38,406 nt of DNA. Source: a virus (Duplodnaviria > Caudoviricetes). The notes under the pieces are model-generated. The model was not told the DNA's origin, made no database searches, and worked only from the letters and a program-made list of their open reading frames with translations. The DNA lies in IMG/VR virus record IMGVR_UViG_3300025296_000049, positions 1 through 38,406 of that record; one strand, written 5' to 3'. Both the position numbers and the translations under genes were made by a program. Positions 24,646 through 34,583 of this stretch are shown here, piece after piece. Numbering within the stretch: the first letter of the stretch is position 1; the number at the start of each line of letters is the position of its first letter.

Positions 24646-26477
24646 CGTTCAGGGTCTATTGGTTGTCCAAAGGCACTGGACTGGACTGAATGCAGCGCAA
24701 GCCTTCCGCCATCTGCCTTCACTCTAAACTGTAACTGATTAAATCTTCCCTTGCTCAACATATTAAAGCCTTTCCGAATCAGGTTCGTTGAACCGGGAAG
24801 CGATAGGCTCCCATCAAGCGTGCTGGCGGAGGAGGAAAGGTCTGTGTAATATTTAATGTCACCCGTAACTGCATCCGCATGGGTGTTGTCCAGATTGAAC
24901 TGGGTTGAGTACCCGATCTTGTCTCCCCAAGTCTCGCCAAAGGTGTATGCGCGGGTCTTGATGAAAGATTCGTAGGTTGAACCGCCATCCTTGTAATCTG
25001 CAATGGTGGTGGAGTCTTCGGGGTTAATATCGTCCCAAGTATAAAGCTCACCGTTCTGCGTGGCGATATTCAGCTTCAGTTCCCCGTCAAATGCGCTTAT
25101 TACAAAGTCTCTCGCGTCCCATCCCGTCCAGTAACCGCACCAAGCTCCTGCCAAGAGGTTAAAGGTCAATACATGGTCGGGATATATGGCATTATCTAAT
25201 GGGACAGACAATATGTACCTGTTTCTCCAGTGGATTGCCGTGCAAGTGCTGACAGCAGCCTGATTGATGCGCCCTATGAGGTCGTTTATGTTGCGGCTGA
25301 TGGGAAGGCTAACATCCGTCTCCGTGCCAGCTTGAATTGTCTGCAAAGAGCGAACTCCATCCCGTGAAAGGAAGTAAACATCCGCACCCACCTGTTGAAC
25401 AGTGGCATCGGCCACGCAACCCATCCGGTTATTGATTAACTTGATGCTCCACTGCGATACAGGGAGGGTTGGGTCAGCGTTGACCTTGTAAATGCTTCTT
25501 TCCTTGAAAACATACAGGTCAAAGTTCTGTCCGGGCATCAGGGCAGTTATGGGGTCACGATCATTGCCCACCCGAAGGTTGTCACCCGCCAAATCCCAAG
25601 AATCTCCATCCAAGATTGCACTGCAATACAAGGTGTCAGCGGGGACGTTGTCAGACGCGCTGGTGGCGAATAATCTGTTCGTGTGGGTGACAATAAATTT
25701 AGGTTTGCTCGGAGTTTGAGTAACGTTAGCTGTTCCTGTCGCGTCTGTCCCGCCAGTGGGGGCGGCTGTGAAGGTCACAGCGGGTGGACTGTCCTTGGTG
25801 TAGCCAGTTCCCTCGTCTGTGATGGTCACGCTCACCACTGAACCATCATAACCGAGAACTGCCGTTCCTGTTGCCGTGTCACCCGATGAAGGGGCGGCAA
25901 TTGTGACAGTTGGAACGGCAACATAACCCGCTCCACCTTCTGAAATAGCTATGCTGCTTATTTGCCCCGCGTTAACATCTCCCTCGGTTGGCGGAGCAGC
26001 ACTTCCGTCCACATAGCGCAGAGCATTAGTCCCGTCAGTGTAATACATCCGGTCATTAAGCTGGGCAAACCTCACTGTGGCTCCAGCGGGATAGTCTGCT
26101 CCTGTCAGGAACGTGAACACACCGGGAGGAGTCAAGACTTTCAGGTTATCCTCGCCATCAGCCAAGATAAAATACTCAATGCTGCCCGTGTCAAAATAGG
26201 CAATGGAAGTTAATGGAGCAGTAAGCCCTCCCCATGTGCCTGTCTCCGCTTCCCAGTTTACATTTACGTCTTCCCAAATTCTGTACCCTTGAGAAAGGCT
26301 TGTTCCCCGCCGAGTCACCGCATTGCCGAACTCATCAAGGTCAATGTTCTTGCCTTCAGCATAGGCATTCTCTGGAATCAGGTTTGCGCGGGAAGCACTG
26401 GTTTGACCACCCACAAAGCTGTTGTTCCCGTCCAGAATAATCGGGTCATCCAATACTTCATTTGATAAAACAGGCAT
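24642..26477 (-). CDS. Tail nozzle/DNA stabilisation protein (P22 gp10/T7 gp12 analogue)
   Basis: 611 aa, beta-propeller-like (FAQLNDRMYYTDG, LYVFKERSIY, VYFLSRDGV). Confidence 0.75.
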   Translation of the reverse strand: MPVLSNEVLDDPIILDGNNSFVGGQTSASRANLIPENAYAEGKNIDLDEFGNAVTRRGTSLSQGYRIWEDVNVNWEAETGTWGGLTAPLTSIAYFDTGSIEYFILADGEDNLKVLTPPGVFTFLTGADYPAGATVRFAQLNDRMYYTDGTNALRYVDGSAAPPTEGDVNAGQISSIAISEGGAGYVAVPTVTIAAPSSGDTATGTAVLGYDGSVVSVTITDEGTGYTKDSPPAVTFTAAPTGGTDATGTANVTQTPSKPKFIVTHTNRLFATSASDNVPADTLYCSAILDGDSWDLAGDNLRVGNDRDPITALMPGQNFDLYVFKERSIYKVNADPTLPVSQWSIKLINNRMGCVADATVQQVGADVYFLSRDGVRSLQTIQAGTETDVSLPISRNINDLIGRINQAAVSTCTAIHWRNRYILSVPLDNAIYPDHVLTFNLLAGAWCGYWTGWDARDFVISAFDGELKLNIATQNGELYTWDDINPEDSTTIADYKDGGSTYESFIKTRAYTFGETWGDKIGYSTQFNLDNTHADAVTGDIKYYTDLSSSASTLDGSLSLPGSTNLIRKGFNMLSKGRFNQLQFRVKADGGRLALHSVQSSAFGQPIDPER

Positions 26478-27211
26478 TAGGCTACAAAATCATCTCTTGA
26501 CCAGTGATCCACCACAGTCGGGACAATGAAACTTGTCTTGTCCTGTTGTACGTTGTCCAGATCACGGCATATTTGAAGCAGATTAGCTGCTTCCGCAAAT
26601 TTAGTCTGGGCTTTTTGATATTGCATGGAGCGTTCCAGCATATCGCCCGTGGCATAAGCCAAAAGTGCGTTCGCCGCACCGTTGATGACCGGACTATCCG
26701 AGTCACCCATCTCCACGAACTTCAATTTGCCAAGGGCATAGAGTGTTCCGGCATTTTTCGGAGTGGCAATGGGCTTGATGCGGCAATTCCCACTTGCGTC
26801 AGGCGGTAATGGCACGAAATTCTGTGGAGTGTCCCTGCGGTCACTGGTGTTGTTCCACATATTCGGGTCTAACTGGAAGAATTGAACCCAACTCCCCCCA
26901 ACACACTCCAAACCATCTGACTTCCCCGTTTCAGTGAATCGCACAGCAACGATAAAGTCCAGTTTAGGAGCAGACGAGGCTGTCGTGGAGGAAGTTGGGT
27001 AATAAAAGATGGATGGGTCATCGGATAAAGTAATGGTTTCGTCCTCTGCCGCAACAGCAGTTGAAACCACACCCATAGAGTTAGTCCAGAGAGAGGCTTG
27101 AAACATCATCCGGTAACGATTGTTAATGAACTGCTTGCAGGTCGTGACTGACGCACTGTCAGTGTCACTCATCTTCGTCGTAATTTGATCTGCAAGTTCA
27201 GTTAATGTCAT
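26477..27211 (-). CDS. Head-tail adaptor
   Basis: MTLTEL..I...FIN N-terminus and ALLAYA helix; directly upstream of the nozzle. Confidence 0.7.
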   Translation of the reverse strand: MTLTELADQITTKMSDTDSASVTTCKQFINNRYRMMFQASLWTNSMGVVSTAVAAEDETITLSDDPSIFYYPTSSTTASSAPKLDFIVAVRFTETGKSDGLECVGGSWVQFFQLDPNMWNNTSDRRDTPQNFVPLPPDASGNCRIKPIATPKNAGTLYALGKLKFVEMGDSDSPVINGAANALLAYATGDMLERSMQYQKAQTKFAEAANLLQICRDLDNVQQDKTSFIVPTVVDHWSRDDFVA

Positions 27212-27435
27212 CAGTTACCCCTCTCAATCTCTGCTTCCAATTCGGCTATGGTATCCAAAGCCTCGGAAACCCATTCAGGAGCCGCCAGTGTCGCCGCCCG
27301 AAACTGCGGGTGATCTATCAGTCTCGCCCCGCTGTCCAGACGAGGACTCAAGCACCCCGTCAATAGCAGCACGATTACGATTGCGCTTGTCGCCCAACCT
27401 TTCCAGTGCCGCCTTGTCATCCAACTTGTCTCCAA
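27211..27435 (-). CDS. Lipoprotein, o-spanin (Rz1)-like
   Basis: Signal peptide with LLTGC lipobox; overlaps the upstream gene out of frame. Confidence 0.65.
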   Translation of the reverse strand: METSWMTRRHWKGWATSAIVIVLLLTGCLSPRLDSGARLIDHPQFRAATLAAPEWVSEALDTIAELEAEIERGN

Positions 27436-27499
27436 TTCTTTCCACGGCTTCCACCAGCTTGGGTAGAGCCGCTAAACCCTTCAATGCCTCCAAGATCAT
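27275..27499 (-). CDS. i-spanin (Rz)-like protein
   Basis: ATGA-coupled to the holin and overlaps the lipoprotein; N-terminal anchor only weakly hydrophobic. Confidence 0.45.
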   Translation of the reverse strand: MILEALKGLAALPKLVEAVERIGDKLDDKAALERLGDKRNRNRAAIDGVLESSSGQRGETDRSPAVSGGDTGGS

Positions 27500-27690
27500 T
27501 TCTTGGCTGCATACTCCTTCATCGCATCTACAATCCCCTGCCCCCCAATGTAAGCCGGGACAATTATTATGACTGCCCCGATTACTTGCTCTGACAACTC
27601 CGGTGACAGGTTCAACCATTCAGTGGCCATGACAGTTAACAAACCGCCAATAGCCATCCACAATTTACGTGACTTCAATTTTTCCTTCAT
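27496..27690 (-). CDS. Holin (2 TM)
   Basis: KLKSRKLW start, two TM segments, YIGGQGIVD. Confidence 0.75.
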   Translation of the reverse strand: MKEKLKSRKLWMAIGGLLTVMATEWLNLSPELSEQVIGAVIIIVPAYIGGQGIVDAMKEYAAKK

Positions 27691-27845
27691 TCTTTAGTAA
27701 GTTTAATGATTTTAAGGCAACTCCAGATACAGGTGAGTATCAGGAGCAGTATCTTCAGGATAAGCTCAATGTCAGTCAGGGACACGGCAGCGAGAACGCC
27801 GCCGTTAACCCCGAACATTTTTAGCCATTCGCTTATATCAGTCAT
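27687..27845 (-). CDS. 52-aa membrane protein, holin/antiholin-like (absent from ORF track)
   Basis: MTDISEWLKMFGVNGGVLAAVSLTDIELILKILLLILTCIWSCLKIIKLTKE; ATGA overlap. Confidence 0.65.
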   Translation of the reverse strand: MTDISEWLKMFGVNGGVLAAVSLTDIELILKILLLILTCIWSCLKIIKLTKE

Positions 27846-27882
27846 GCATCCACCCATTTCATCCTGTTTAATAAAAGTTTCC

Positions 27883-28245
27883 TTACTTTAACTTCACTGG
27901 ATCGTCCGGCGGGAAATCGGCTACCTTCGCTTCCTGCCAGCTAAATGGTTTCGGAGAAGGGCGCAGCTTTGCAGCTTCAATCTGCTGATCAAGCGAGTCC
28001 CTGAACCCGTCTGACTCTGCAACTGCATCCGCAATTTCAATCGCCCATTCCTGTGTAAGGTCTGCGAACGGAATGAACCCAGAAGGATCAGGCGCGGCTA
28101 GCGTGTGCATAGTGTCAATGTATGCACTGTTCCCGTTCCCGTCCGAGGCAGTCATGCCGCAAACCAGTTTCACAACCACGTTATCTAGGTTGTCCTCGTC
28201 TTTGACCAACGGTTCAAGCCGTGACCAGTTATATGTGTTTGCCAT
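27883..28245 (-). CDS. Tail fibre-associated protein
   Basis: TYNW...L.NVV...FIPFADLT..W pattern; directly after the fibre gene. Confidence 0.6.
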   Translation of the reverse strand: MANTYNWSRLEPLVKDEDNLDNVVVKLVCGMTASDGNGNSAYIDTMHTLAAPDPSGFIPFADLTQEWAIEIADAVAESDGFRDSLDQQIEAAKLRPSPKPFSWQEAKVADFPPDDPVKLK

Positions 28246-28264
28246 AATCTTTTTTAGTTTAAAT

Positions 28265-31200
28265 CTATGGTGATACTGACAGTTCAGCGGTTACGTCAGT
28301 GTCAGCCGTACCCCAACTTGTTAACTTCAGGATTCCGTAATAACTGTCTTGAACCCCGATGGTGGAGATGCTCTGACCTATCTCCTTCCAGTCTGCGCTG
28401 CTGTTCGGCGTGGTTGGCGCAAAACCTAGCGAGTCTCCATTGTTGTAAATCCTCAACTCAACTTCCTTTCCAGCAGAGCGATTGCTGGTTGCCAGTGTGG
28501 TACAGGTTCCCGTGACAGTTAATGTCTGGAGCTTTGTGCTGCTGAAATCTATCGTCACTGTTGCCGTCTCTGACAAGGCAGTGACTCCGCTTGAGCCGCC
28601 ACTGGAATCTGCCCAAGATGGCGCAGCACCAGAGCCGCCGGAAGTTAACACCTGACCGCTGGTTCCGTAGTTTGCTCCTGCTATCCCGAACGCTCCAGCC
28701 GCCGAAATCCGAATCTTCTCGGCGTATGTTCCTGCCTCCGAAGTGTAAAAAGCCAGTTCAGCATCTTCTGTCGCGGCTGAAACGTCTGTGAAGATTCCCC
28801 GAATGCCAGCATAGTTATGTGTAGCTGGAGCTTGAGAGAAAACTAGACCAGCAGAATCATTGTCTGACCCATTATTATTTGTGAGGAAGAGGTGGTCTAC
28901 ATGACCCGCCCCGCCCTTTAGGATTTCAAGGGGGCCGTTCGGTACTGCGGTTCCGATGCCGACGTTCTGCGAACCATCAATGACCATCGCCTCTGTAAAT
29001 GACCCTCCGGTGTGGAATGCTAATTCGCCGCTTGATTGAATGGACTGCCCGTCAGAAGTGTGGTAGCCGACATAAAGCTCGTTTGAACCGGAGGCCATTA
29101 AGTGCCAGTTGTTACCAGAGGCTACATACTGATCCAGAAGCTGGGTGGGCGTGCGTCCAATGCCGACTTTGCCAGCCGAGTCAATCCGCATTTTCTCTGC
29201 TGCTGCACTCCCAGCCTCCGCAGTATGAAAAACTAAAGCCCCGCCGGGGAGTGTTGCGTGGGTTGTGGTGCAAACCGCTCCCACCGCCCCAACGCTGTCA
29301 TAGCCTCCGTCACCACCCTTGACGTTCCATTGAATGTATCCTCCCGTTCCTGTTGCCGATGAGCGGGTGTCGTACCCTATGACATAGGGGTTGCCGCTCC
29401 GATAACACTCAACTTGAGAGTAGGATGCTGTGCGTGCTGTGCTTCCGAAAACTCCTGCCGTGGTTGCACTGACAATCCCCTCGCACTCTAGGATATTCGT
29501 GGTGGGCGTGCGTCCGATGCCGACGTTGCCAGATGAGTCAATCCGCATCCGTTCTGCTGAACCAGCATAGATATAAAGATCATTGCCCTCTGCTCCCACC
29601 CTTACCGCACTTGCTGTTGTGGAATCATCCGCTATTACTATATCAGCTTTAGCGTCCGTAGATTCAAATGTGGCGACCTGATTACTGCTGGTTATAACGT
29701 GTAACGGTGTACTTGCCACTCCACCGATGCCGACGTTGCCATCAGCCCCTAATTTAAGTTGGGTGGCGTTGCCCGTGGTGGTGATGCTTCCGCCACCAGA
29801 GCCATTAAAGTTAATGTTAGTCCAACCCGAACTGTCTAGGCCAATTGTGGCACGTTCAGTGTTGCTTGAATTGCGTATCTTAATTACGTCTTCACTGGTG
29901 TTTGCTCCCGCCTTGATTGAAAGTCGCTCTGCTGGTGAATCTTGTCCGATGCCCAACCTGAAATTCGTCGCATCCCAGAAAAGTTTATCGTTGTCCTGCG
30001 CCAAGTTCCCTGACGAATCAACGAACAGGATTGACCCGCTTGTGCCGCTGCCAATAGAGCCTCCAATGGACACTGTGGCACTTACTGTCTGCCATGAACA
30101 GGTTCCGTCACCGTCTGCTCGGAGGTACTTGGTAATCGCCTCCGGCCCCGTGGACTTTAGCTCTGTGCCTTCAAGATCAATGTAAGTCCCGTCAACCGCA
30201 GTTCCCTGCCAGACACCAGTGCCAACCGTTCCCACCGTGGTAAGGTTCGCGCAAGTCGTAATCGCAGCTTGGGTAGCACCTGTCACTGTGGCCGCTGTGC
30301 CGCTCACGTTACCAGTGACATCTCCAGTGACATCAGCCACCACGGGATTGTCCAGATTCAGGGTTACAGTTCCCGATGCCCCACCACCGTTTAAATTCGT
30401 TCCGGCTGTGACTCCAGTGATGTCGCCCGTAGTAGGTGCTGCCCATGAAGGCACACCAGACGCAAGAGTCAGCACCTCTGTATCAGAGCCTTTTGCAAGT
30501 TTTGCTAATGTGGTTGTAGTGTCGGCATAAAGAATGTCGCCCGCTGTAAACCCTGTTAAGGTTGTTCCGCCCTTCGCAACAGGTATTACATTATTATAGG
30601 TTGTTGCGTTCCCGCTTGAAGTTACGTCGCCCGTTAAATTCGCATTGGTGGTGACTGTAGCCGCATTGCCCGTGCAACTACCTGATGATCCGCTCACATC
30701 TCCAGTGACATCCCCTGTTACATCTCCTGTTACGTTGCCAGTTACATTCCCAGTGACATTGCCAGTGACATCTCCAGTCAACGCTCCCGCAAAAGCCGTG
30801 GAAGTAACACTGGACAACCCCGTGATTGTCGTATCCAGATTAAGTGTAACGTCACCGCTGGCTCCTCCCCCATTTAAATTCGTTCCAGCGACTACGCTCG
30901 TAATATCGCCTGTCTCCGGTGTGTACCATTCCAAGGTTCCCGAACCATCAGAAGTTCTCAACGCCTGACCACTGCCACCAACAGCAGCAGGAACCGTGAG
31001 CGTGTAAGTCGTAACAGTTGCCGGGGTTCCAATCCCAAAGTACTCGCCGCCAGCATCATCTTCCAGTCGCAAGTCACCCGCCATAGTGGTGATGCCCGAA
31101 ACAGTCAACGTGCCAGTTGACTTGACCTCTCCCGTGCTTAACTCAAGGGCGAAAGTGTTCCCCGCATTGCCATCAGTCAACGCAACCAATGTCGCCCCGT

Positions 31201-31273
31201 TGCCGCCGCCTGACGGCATGGCAAGGAGTTGGTCATACGAACTCGCAATAGTACTTCCCGTTAAATCAGCCAT
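28265..31273 (-). CDS. Tail fibre protein
   Basis: 1002 aa, G/T/S-rich; G(D/N)VT repeats and MRIDS.G.VGIG repeats. Confidence 0.88.
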   Translation of the reverse strand: MADLTGSTIASSYDQLLAMPSGGGNGATLVALTDGNAGNTFALELSTGEVKSTGTLTVSGITTMAGDLRLEDDAGGEYFGIGTPATVTTYTLTVPAAVGGSGQALRTSDGSGTLEWYTPETGDITSVVAGTNLNGGGASGDVTLNLDTTITGLSSVTSTAFAGALTGDVTGNVTGNVTGNVTGDVTGDVTGDVSGSSGSCTGNAATVTTNANLTGDVTSSGNATTYNNVIPVAKGGTTLTGFTAGDILYADTTTTLAKLAKGSDTEVLTLASGVPSWAAPTTGDITGVTAGTNLNGGGASGTVTLNLDNPVVADVTGDVTGNVSGTAATVTGATQAAITTCANLTTVGTVGTGVWQGTAVDGTYIDLEGTELKSTGPEAITKYLRADGDGTCSWQTVSATVSIGGSIGSGTSGSILFVDSSGNLAQDNDKLFWDATNFRLGIGQDSPAERLSIKAGANTSEDVIKIRNSSNTERATIGLDSSGWTNINFNGSGGGSITTTGNATQLKLGADGNVGIGGVASTPLHVITSSNQVATFESTDAKADIVIADDSTTASAVRVGAEGNDLYIYAGSAERMRIDSSGNVGIGRTPTTNILECEGIVSATTAGVFGSTARTASYSQVECYRSGNPYVIGYDTRSSATGTGGYIQWNVKGGDGGYDSVGAVGAVCTTTHATLPGGALVFHTAEAGSAAAEKMRIDSAGKVGIGRTPTQLLDQYVASGNNWHLMASGSNELYVGYHTSDGQSIQSSGELAFHTGGSFTEAMVIDGSQNVGIGTAVPNGPLEILKGGAGHVDHLFLTNNNGSDNDSAGLVFSQAPATHNYAGIRGIFTDVSAATEDAELAFYTSEAGTYAEKIRISAAGAFGIAGANYGTSGQVLTSGGSGAAPSWADSSGGSSGVTALSETATVTIDFSSTKLQTLTVTGTCTTLATSNRSAGKEVELRIYNNGDSLGFAPTTPNSSADWKEIGQSISTIGVQDSYYGILKLTSWGTADTDVTAELSVSP

Positions 31274-31543
31274 CTAAAACCCCCATGCTCTTTTAATCTG
31301 TTTGGTGGAGAAAGTTGATTGGCGCAGGAACCTGGAACCCTCCTCACATTCCAATTTATGGTATCCGGCCTTTACCTGATCTTCTTGAGATGGAATGCCT
31401 ACAGCCTTTCCGGGCATGGCAAAGCCAGACGGCCCATCGGTCTTTGTGTAGACAACTCCATCCACATCTATTGTGGAGGTTCCCTTCGGAACCAGACATT
31501 CAATGATGTTTCCCTTGTTGTCCGAGAAATCAAAGAGAGGCAT
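31274..31543 (-). CDS. FmdB-like small protein lacking the CxxC pairs
   Basis: MPLFDF start; TAATG coupling. Confidence 0.5.
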   Translation of the reverse strand: MPLFDFSDNKGNIIECLVPKGTSTIDVDGVVYTKTDGPSGFAMPGKAVGIPSQEDQVKAGYHKLECEEGSRFLRQSTFSTKQIKRAWGF

Positions 31544-31923
31544 TAATAGCCCTCCTCCTTGTCTGCCGCCATGGCAGCTTCCATAAGCTCGGCTCCCTCA
31601 ATATCTTCATCCGGCGCGGCCTCTTCCTCATGGGCAGCGTATTCAATGGGAACTCCTCCTGCGCTTTTCAGGTCAATGGTGGCTACACCCCCGTCAACTC
31701 CAGTTACCTCACCGGCAACTTCATTAAGCACAACAGTATCGCCCACTTCAGGAGCCACTTCTTCGCCCTCGCCGTTTTCATCAACAAGAGAATCTATTGG
31801 TAAATTAATCATTTCTCGTCCCTCCTTTTGGGATTTCTTTGAAGGTTTAACACTAGAGCCTGTGGGCGGGGGTTTCCCCCCACCCACGGCAATAATAATG
31901 GTCATGCCTTTTTTCTTATGCAT
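31543..31923 (-). CDS. Hypothetical acidic protein downstream of the capsid gene
   Basis: 126 aa, co-oriented. Confidence 0.65.
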   Translation of the reverse strand: MHKKKGMTIIIAVGGGKPPPTGSSVKPSKKSQKEGREMINLPIDSLVDENGEGEEVAPEVGDTVVLNEVAGEVTGVDGGVATIDLKSAGGVPIEYAAHEEEAAPDEDIEGAELMEAAMAADKEEGY

Positions 31924-31934
31924 GACTTGTTTGG

Positions 31935-33029
31935 TTAGGCAGTTGAGGCCGTCTTGCTACGCATTACCACGTAGTAATTCGGATTCAAGCGCAACGTTGT
32001 CCAATATGTTTTAAATGAACAGGTCGTTTTTTGGTTTAGCGGATCACTCTTGTCAGCCGTGTCAACAATCTCAACCTTGGGGCTGAACGGAGACTGACTT
32101 GATAAGTCAGGACAACCGTAAGCCTCGTCGCCGAGGAATATTGTCGCATGGACATCGTTAGTGCCAGCAGTGCCGCCTCCACCCGATGCATCATAGATGA
32201 CTCGGTCAGCGTCAGTGCCATTGGCATCACCAGAGATGAACGGATTTGTGGTCTGGATAAAGGAAGCCCCATAGAGATTTCCCACGAACCCCTTATATAA
32301 ATCCTGCACATTACTATATTGTGCAGCATTCACCCAGGTAGTGTCCGTCATCACATCGCTAATCACCTGTGGGCTTGCCGCTGCAACATACATTCCGCCC
32401 TTGGCGGGTTGTGCGCGGTTAACCTTCAGTTGAGTAACAGCATTCAGAACAGCAGCCGCGTCAAGCAGGGTTCCTGCTCCTGTGGATGCCTCAAATGCGG
32501 TGTATTGAGTGGCCGCAGTTGTCTCTTTTGTGCCGTCAGCATATAGCTCAACCAGCGTGTCTCCATTGTCAAGACTGGCTGACATATCAGCGGCATAGCC
32601 GCCTTCCATGGCCGTGCCTCCAACATTAGACCCCACAACTGTGTTGCGGGTGATGGTGTCCATATCCAACGCAGCGTCCTGCCCATTGGTCTTGATACTC
32701 TGCTGCAAGCTGTTGAATAAATCAGTGGCCGTCAGGATGTCGGTCAACTCAATGACCTGACCCCGTTGAGTCAATGATTTCTCAATCTTCGCGAGAGAGA
32801 GTGTGCGAGTTCCGCTGGGTGCAGTGCCTTCGGTCAATGCCTCAATGGCAGAGGTTGAAGGTGCGCCATAACGGAACATGGTAATCGCCTTGTGACCCGC
32901 CCTCGCAGGGAGAGGGGCTTTCTTGGCGAACTGATCCAGTATCAGTGCTTGAACAGCGTAGGACAGTAATTTCTTACTGAAATAATTTTGATACTGGTTG
33001 GATAGTACAGTTGTGGTATTCGTAGCCAT
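31935..33029 (-). CDS. Major capsid protein, N4-gp56 family
   Basis: LTEG..P, KGGMYV, LYKG.VG.LYG..F, DKSDPLNQ motifs; follows the scaffold. Confidence 0.9.
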   Translation of the reverse strand: MATNTTTVLSNQYQNYFSKKLLSYAVQALILDQFAKKAPLPARAGHKAITMFRYGAPSTSAIEALTEGTAPSGTRTLSLAKIEKSLTQRGQVIELTDILTATDLFNSLQQSIKTNGQDAALDMDTITRNTVVGSNVGGTAMEGGYAADMSASLDNGDTLVELYADGTKETTAATQYTAFEASTGAGTLLDAAAVLNAVTQLKVNRAQPAKGGMYVAAASPQVISDVMTDTTWVNAAQYSNVQDLYKGFVGNLYGASFIQTTNPFISGDANGTDADRVIYDASGGGGTAGTNDVHATIFLGDEAYGCPDLSSQSPFSPKVEIVDTADKSDPLNQKTTCSFKTYWTTLRLNPNYYVVMRSKTASTA

Positions 33030-33059
33030 AACTTTTTATTTCTCCCCGTCAGCGTAAAC

Positions 33060-33073
33060 GTGTCACATTGTGA
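33060..33073. promoter_or_regulatory. 14-bp motif GTGTCACATTGTGA upstream of the capsid gene
   Basis: Exact copies at 34229..34242 and, inverted, at 36843..36856. Confidence 0.55.
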
Positions 33074-33081
33074 AGAAGCAG

Positions 33082-34017
33082 TTAAAGCGAATCGTCATGG
33101 GCCATGGCGGCTTGGCGCAGGAATTTCTCCTGCTCCCCGTCATTCATGTCATCAAAACCTTTCGCACCATTTAACTTCTCCCCGGTGAACCCGCCTTGTA
33201 CTGACGTTTTCTTTTCCAGTTTGTTGTATTTTTCCTGTAGTTCAAGGAGCTTGGTAGCAGACTCTTCCGTGTTGCCCGACTCCATTTCAAGTCTCGCCAT
33301 CTTCACTGCCATTTCCAGTCCATCAGGACTAGCCGTCAGTGACGGGTTACTCTGGAGCATCGCTTGTGCCTTTTGGGTGAGAGGATTGCTCATGTCATTG
33401 AGTTCTGGGTTGCGCGTCATTAATTCCTGACGCTTCGCTTCCCACGCTTGATTAAACTGGGCTTGAGAGGCACTCGCCTTGGCATGATCCTCGGTCGCTC
33501 CAAGCTCCTTGGCTTTGGCGCGAGCGGATTCTGCCAGATTGGTGTCGCCTTCATCCTCAAACCCTTTAGCGGCTTCCTCGTAATCCTTGGCTGTATGCCC
33601 GTGTTCATCACGGTATCCCTGCTGGGCAATTAGTTGCTGGCGTTGGGTTTCCAACTCCTGCGCCTGTTGCTTCAACATGGCCGCGTCCTGCTTGTTCTGT
33701 TCCTTGGCCTCGTTTACACCAGCCCAAGTTTTGTTCAAGCGAGCCTGATTCTTGGCATACTTGCTCTGCTTCTTGTCGGCAACCTTTTCGGGCTGCTCCT
33801 CTTTCAATGAACTACTAATTTCAGCGTCTTGATCTGGAGGTTTAGCTTCCTCTTCCCCGTCCTCCTGTGGTAGCTCCGTTGGCGGAGTTTCCTCCACTTC
33901 CGGCTCTTCATTTATCACCTGTACTTCAGGTGTTTCCCCCGCTTCCACAGCAGCATCATACTCCTGTGCAGCGGCCAACAGTTGGTCGGCCATTTGGTCG
34001 CCATTTTCCTCTGACAT
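33082..34017 (-). CDS. Capsid scaffolding protein
   Basis: Acidic N-terminus, coiled coil, lies between portal and MCP; AAAGGAG SD before ATG 34017. Confidence 0.8.
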   Translation of the reverse strand: MSEENGDQMADQLLAAAQEYDAAVEAGETPEVQVINEEPEVEETPPTELPQEDGEEEAKPPDQDAEISSSLKEEQPEKVADKKQSKYAKNQARLNKTWAGVNEAKEQNKQDAAMLKQQAQELETQRQQLIAQQGYRDEHGHTAKDYEEAAKGFEDEGDTNLAESARAKAKELGATEDHAKASASQAQFNQAWEAKRQELMTRNPELNDMSNPLTQKAQAMLQSNPSLTASPDGLEMAVKMARLEMESGNTEESATKLLELQEKYNKLEKKTSVQGGFTGEKLNGAKGFDDMNDGEQEKFLRQAAMAHDDSL

Positions 34018-34089
34018 CAAACGCTCCTTTTGTTGAATGCTATCCTCGTCCTGCCCACGCATTCAGGGGGCAGACCGTGCTATGGGGTC

Positions 34090-34428
34090 TTAACTCAACA
34101 GACGCTCGACCCCGGTTTCGTCCGTTGTAAATTCTTCCATGGGTTCAATTTCCTTCGCCAGCGTTTCCAGCGTATGAACCGTGGTTCTCATACCGTTTGC
34201 ATACCCCGCCTCTATTTGCAAGTTCTTTGTGTCACATTGTGAGACTACGTGCGCGTTTTGTCGCAGAACCATGTTCAACAAAATTGCCCTCAACCTCTTT
34301 CCTGTCCGGCTGGCAAGAAACTGGCGTAGTGCGGTGGAATCATCCACACGCCATTCCGGGTCTTCCACCCAAGGCAGATTACTAGATAGACGCCAAGCAA
34401 TCCGAATAAATTTCAAAAATCTACTCAA
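34090..34428 (-). CDS. Conserved small head-module protein (Bbp19-like position)
   Basis: W...D..ALRQFL.S.TGKRL...L; TTG start. Confidence 0.6.
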   Translation of the reverse strand: MSRFLKFIRIAWRLSSNLPWVEDPEWRVDDSTALRQFLASRTGKRLRAILLNMVLRQNAHVVSQCDTKNLQIEAGYANGMRTTVHTLETLAKEIEPMEEFTTDETGVERLLS

Positions 34429-34581
34429 TTAATAATCCCCCTGCGCTTCCATGTAGCACCCAAAGTGTTCTCCATTAGCAAGCTGCAATTCCTCTTGCTC
34501 TCTGTCGGAACACCGCAAGGACGCTCCGCACCGATCACACTCAAACTCAACATTCTCGTCAGGCATATATGAATGGCTCAT
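34429..34581 (-). CDS. 50-aa Cys/His protein (absent from ORF track)
   Basis: MSHSYMPDENVEFECDRCGASLRCSDREQEELQLANGEHFGCYMEAQGDY; exactly fills the gap after the portal. Confidence 0.6.
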   Translation of the reverse strand: MSHSYMPDENVEFECDRCGASLRCSDREQEELQLANGEHFGCYMEAQGDY

Positions 34582-34583
34582 AA

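Noticed and set aside
29144-29548. DGR template/variable repeat pair
   Set aside because: No reverse transcriptase, both copies lie inside one ORF, and mismatches are not adenine-specific.
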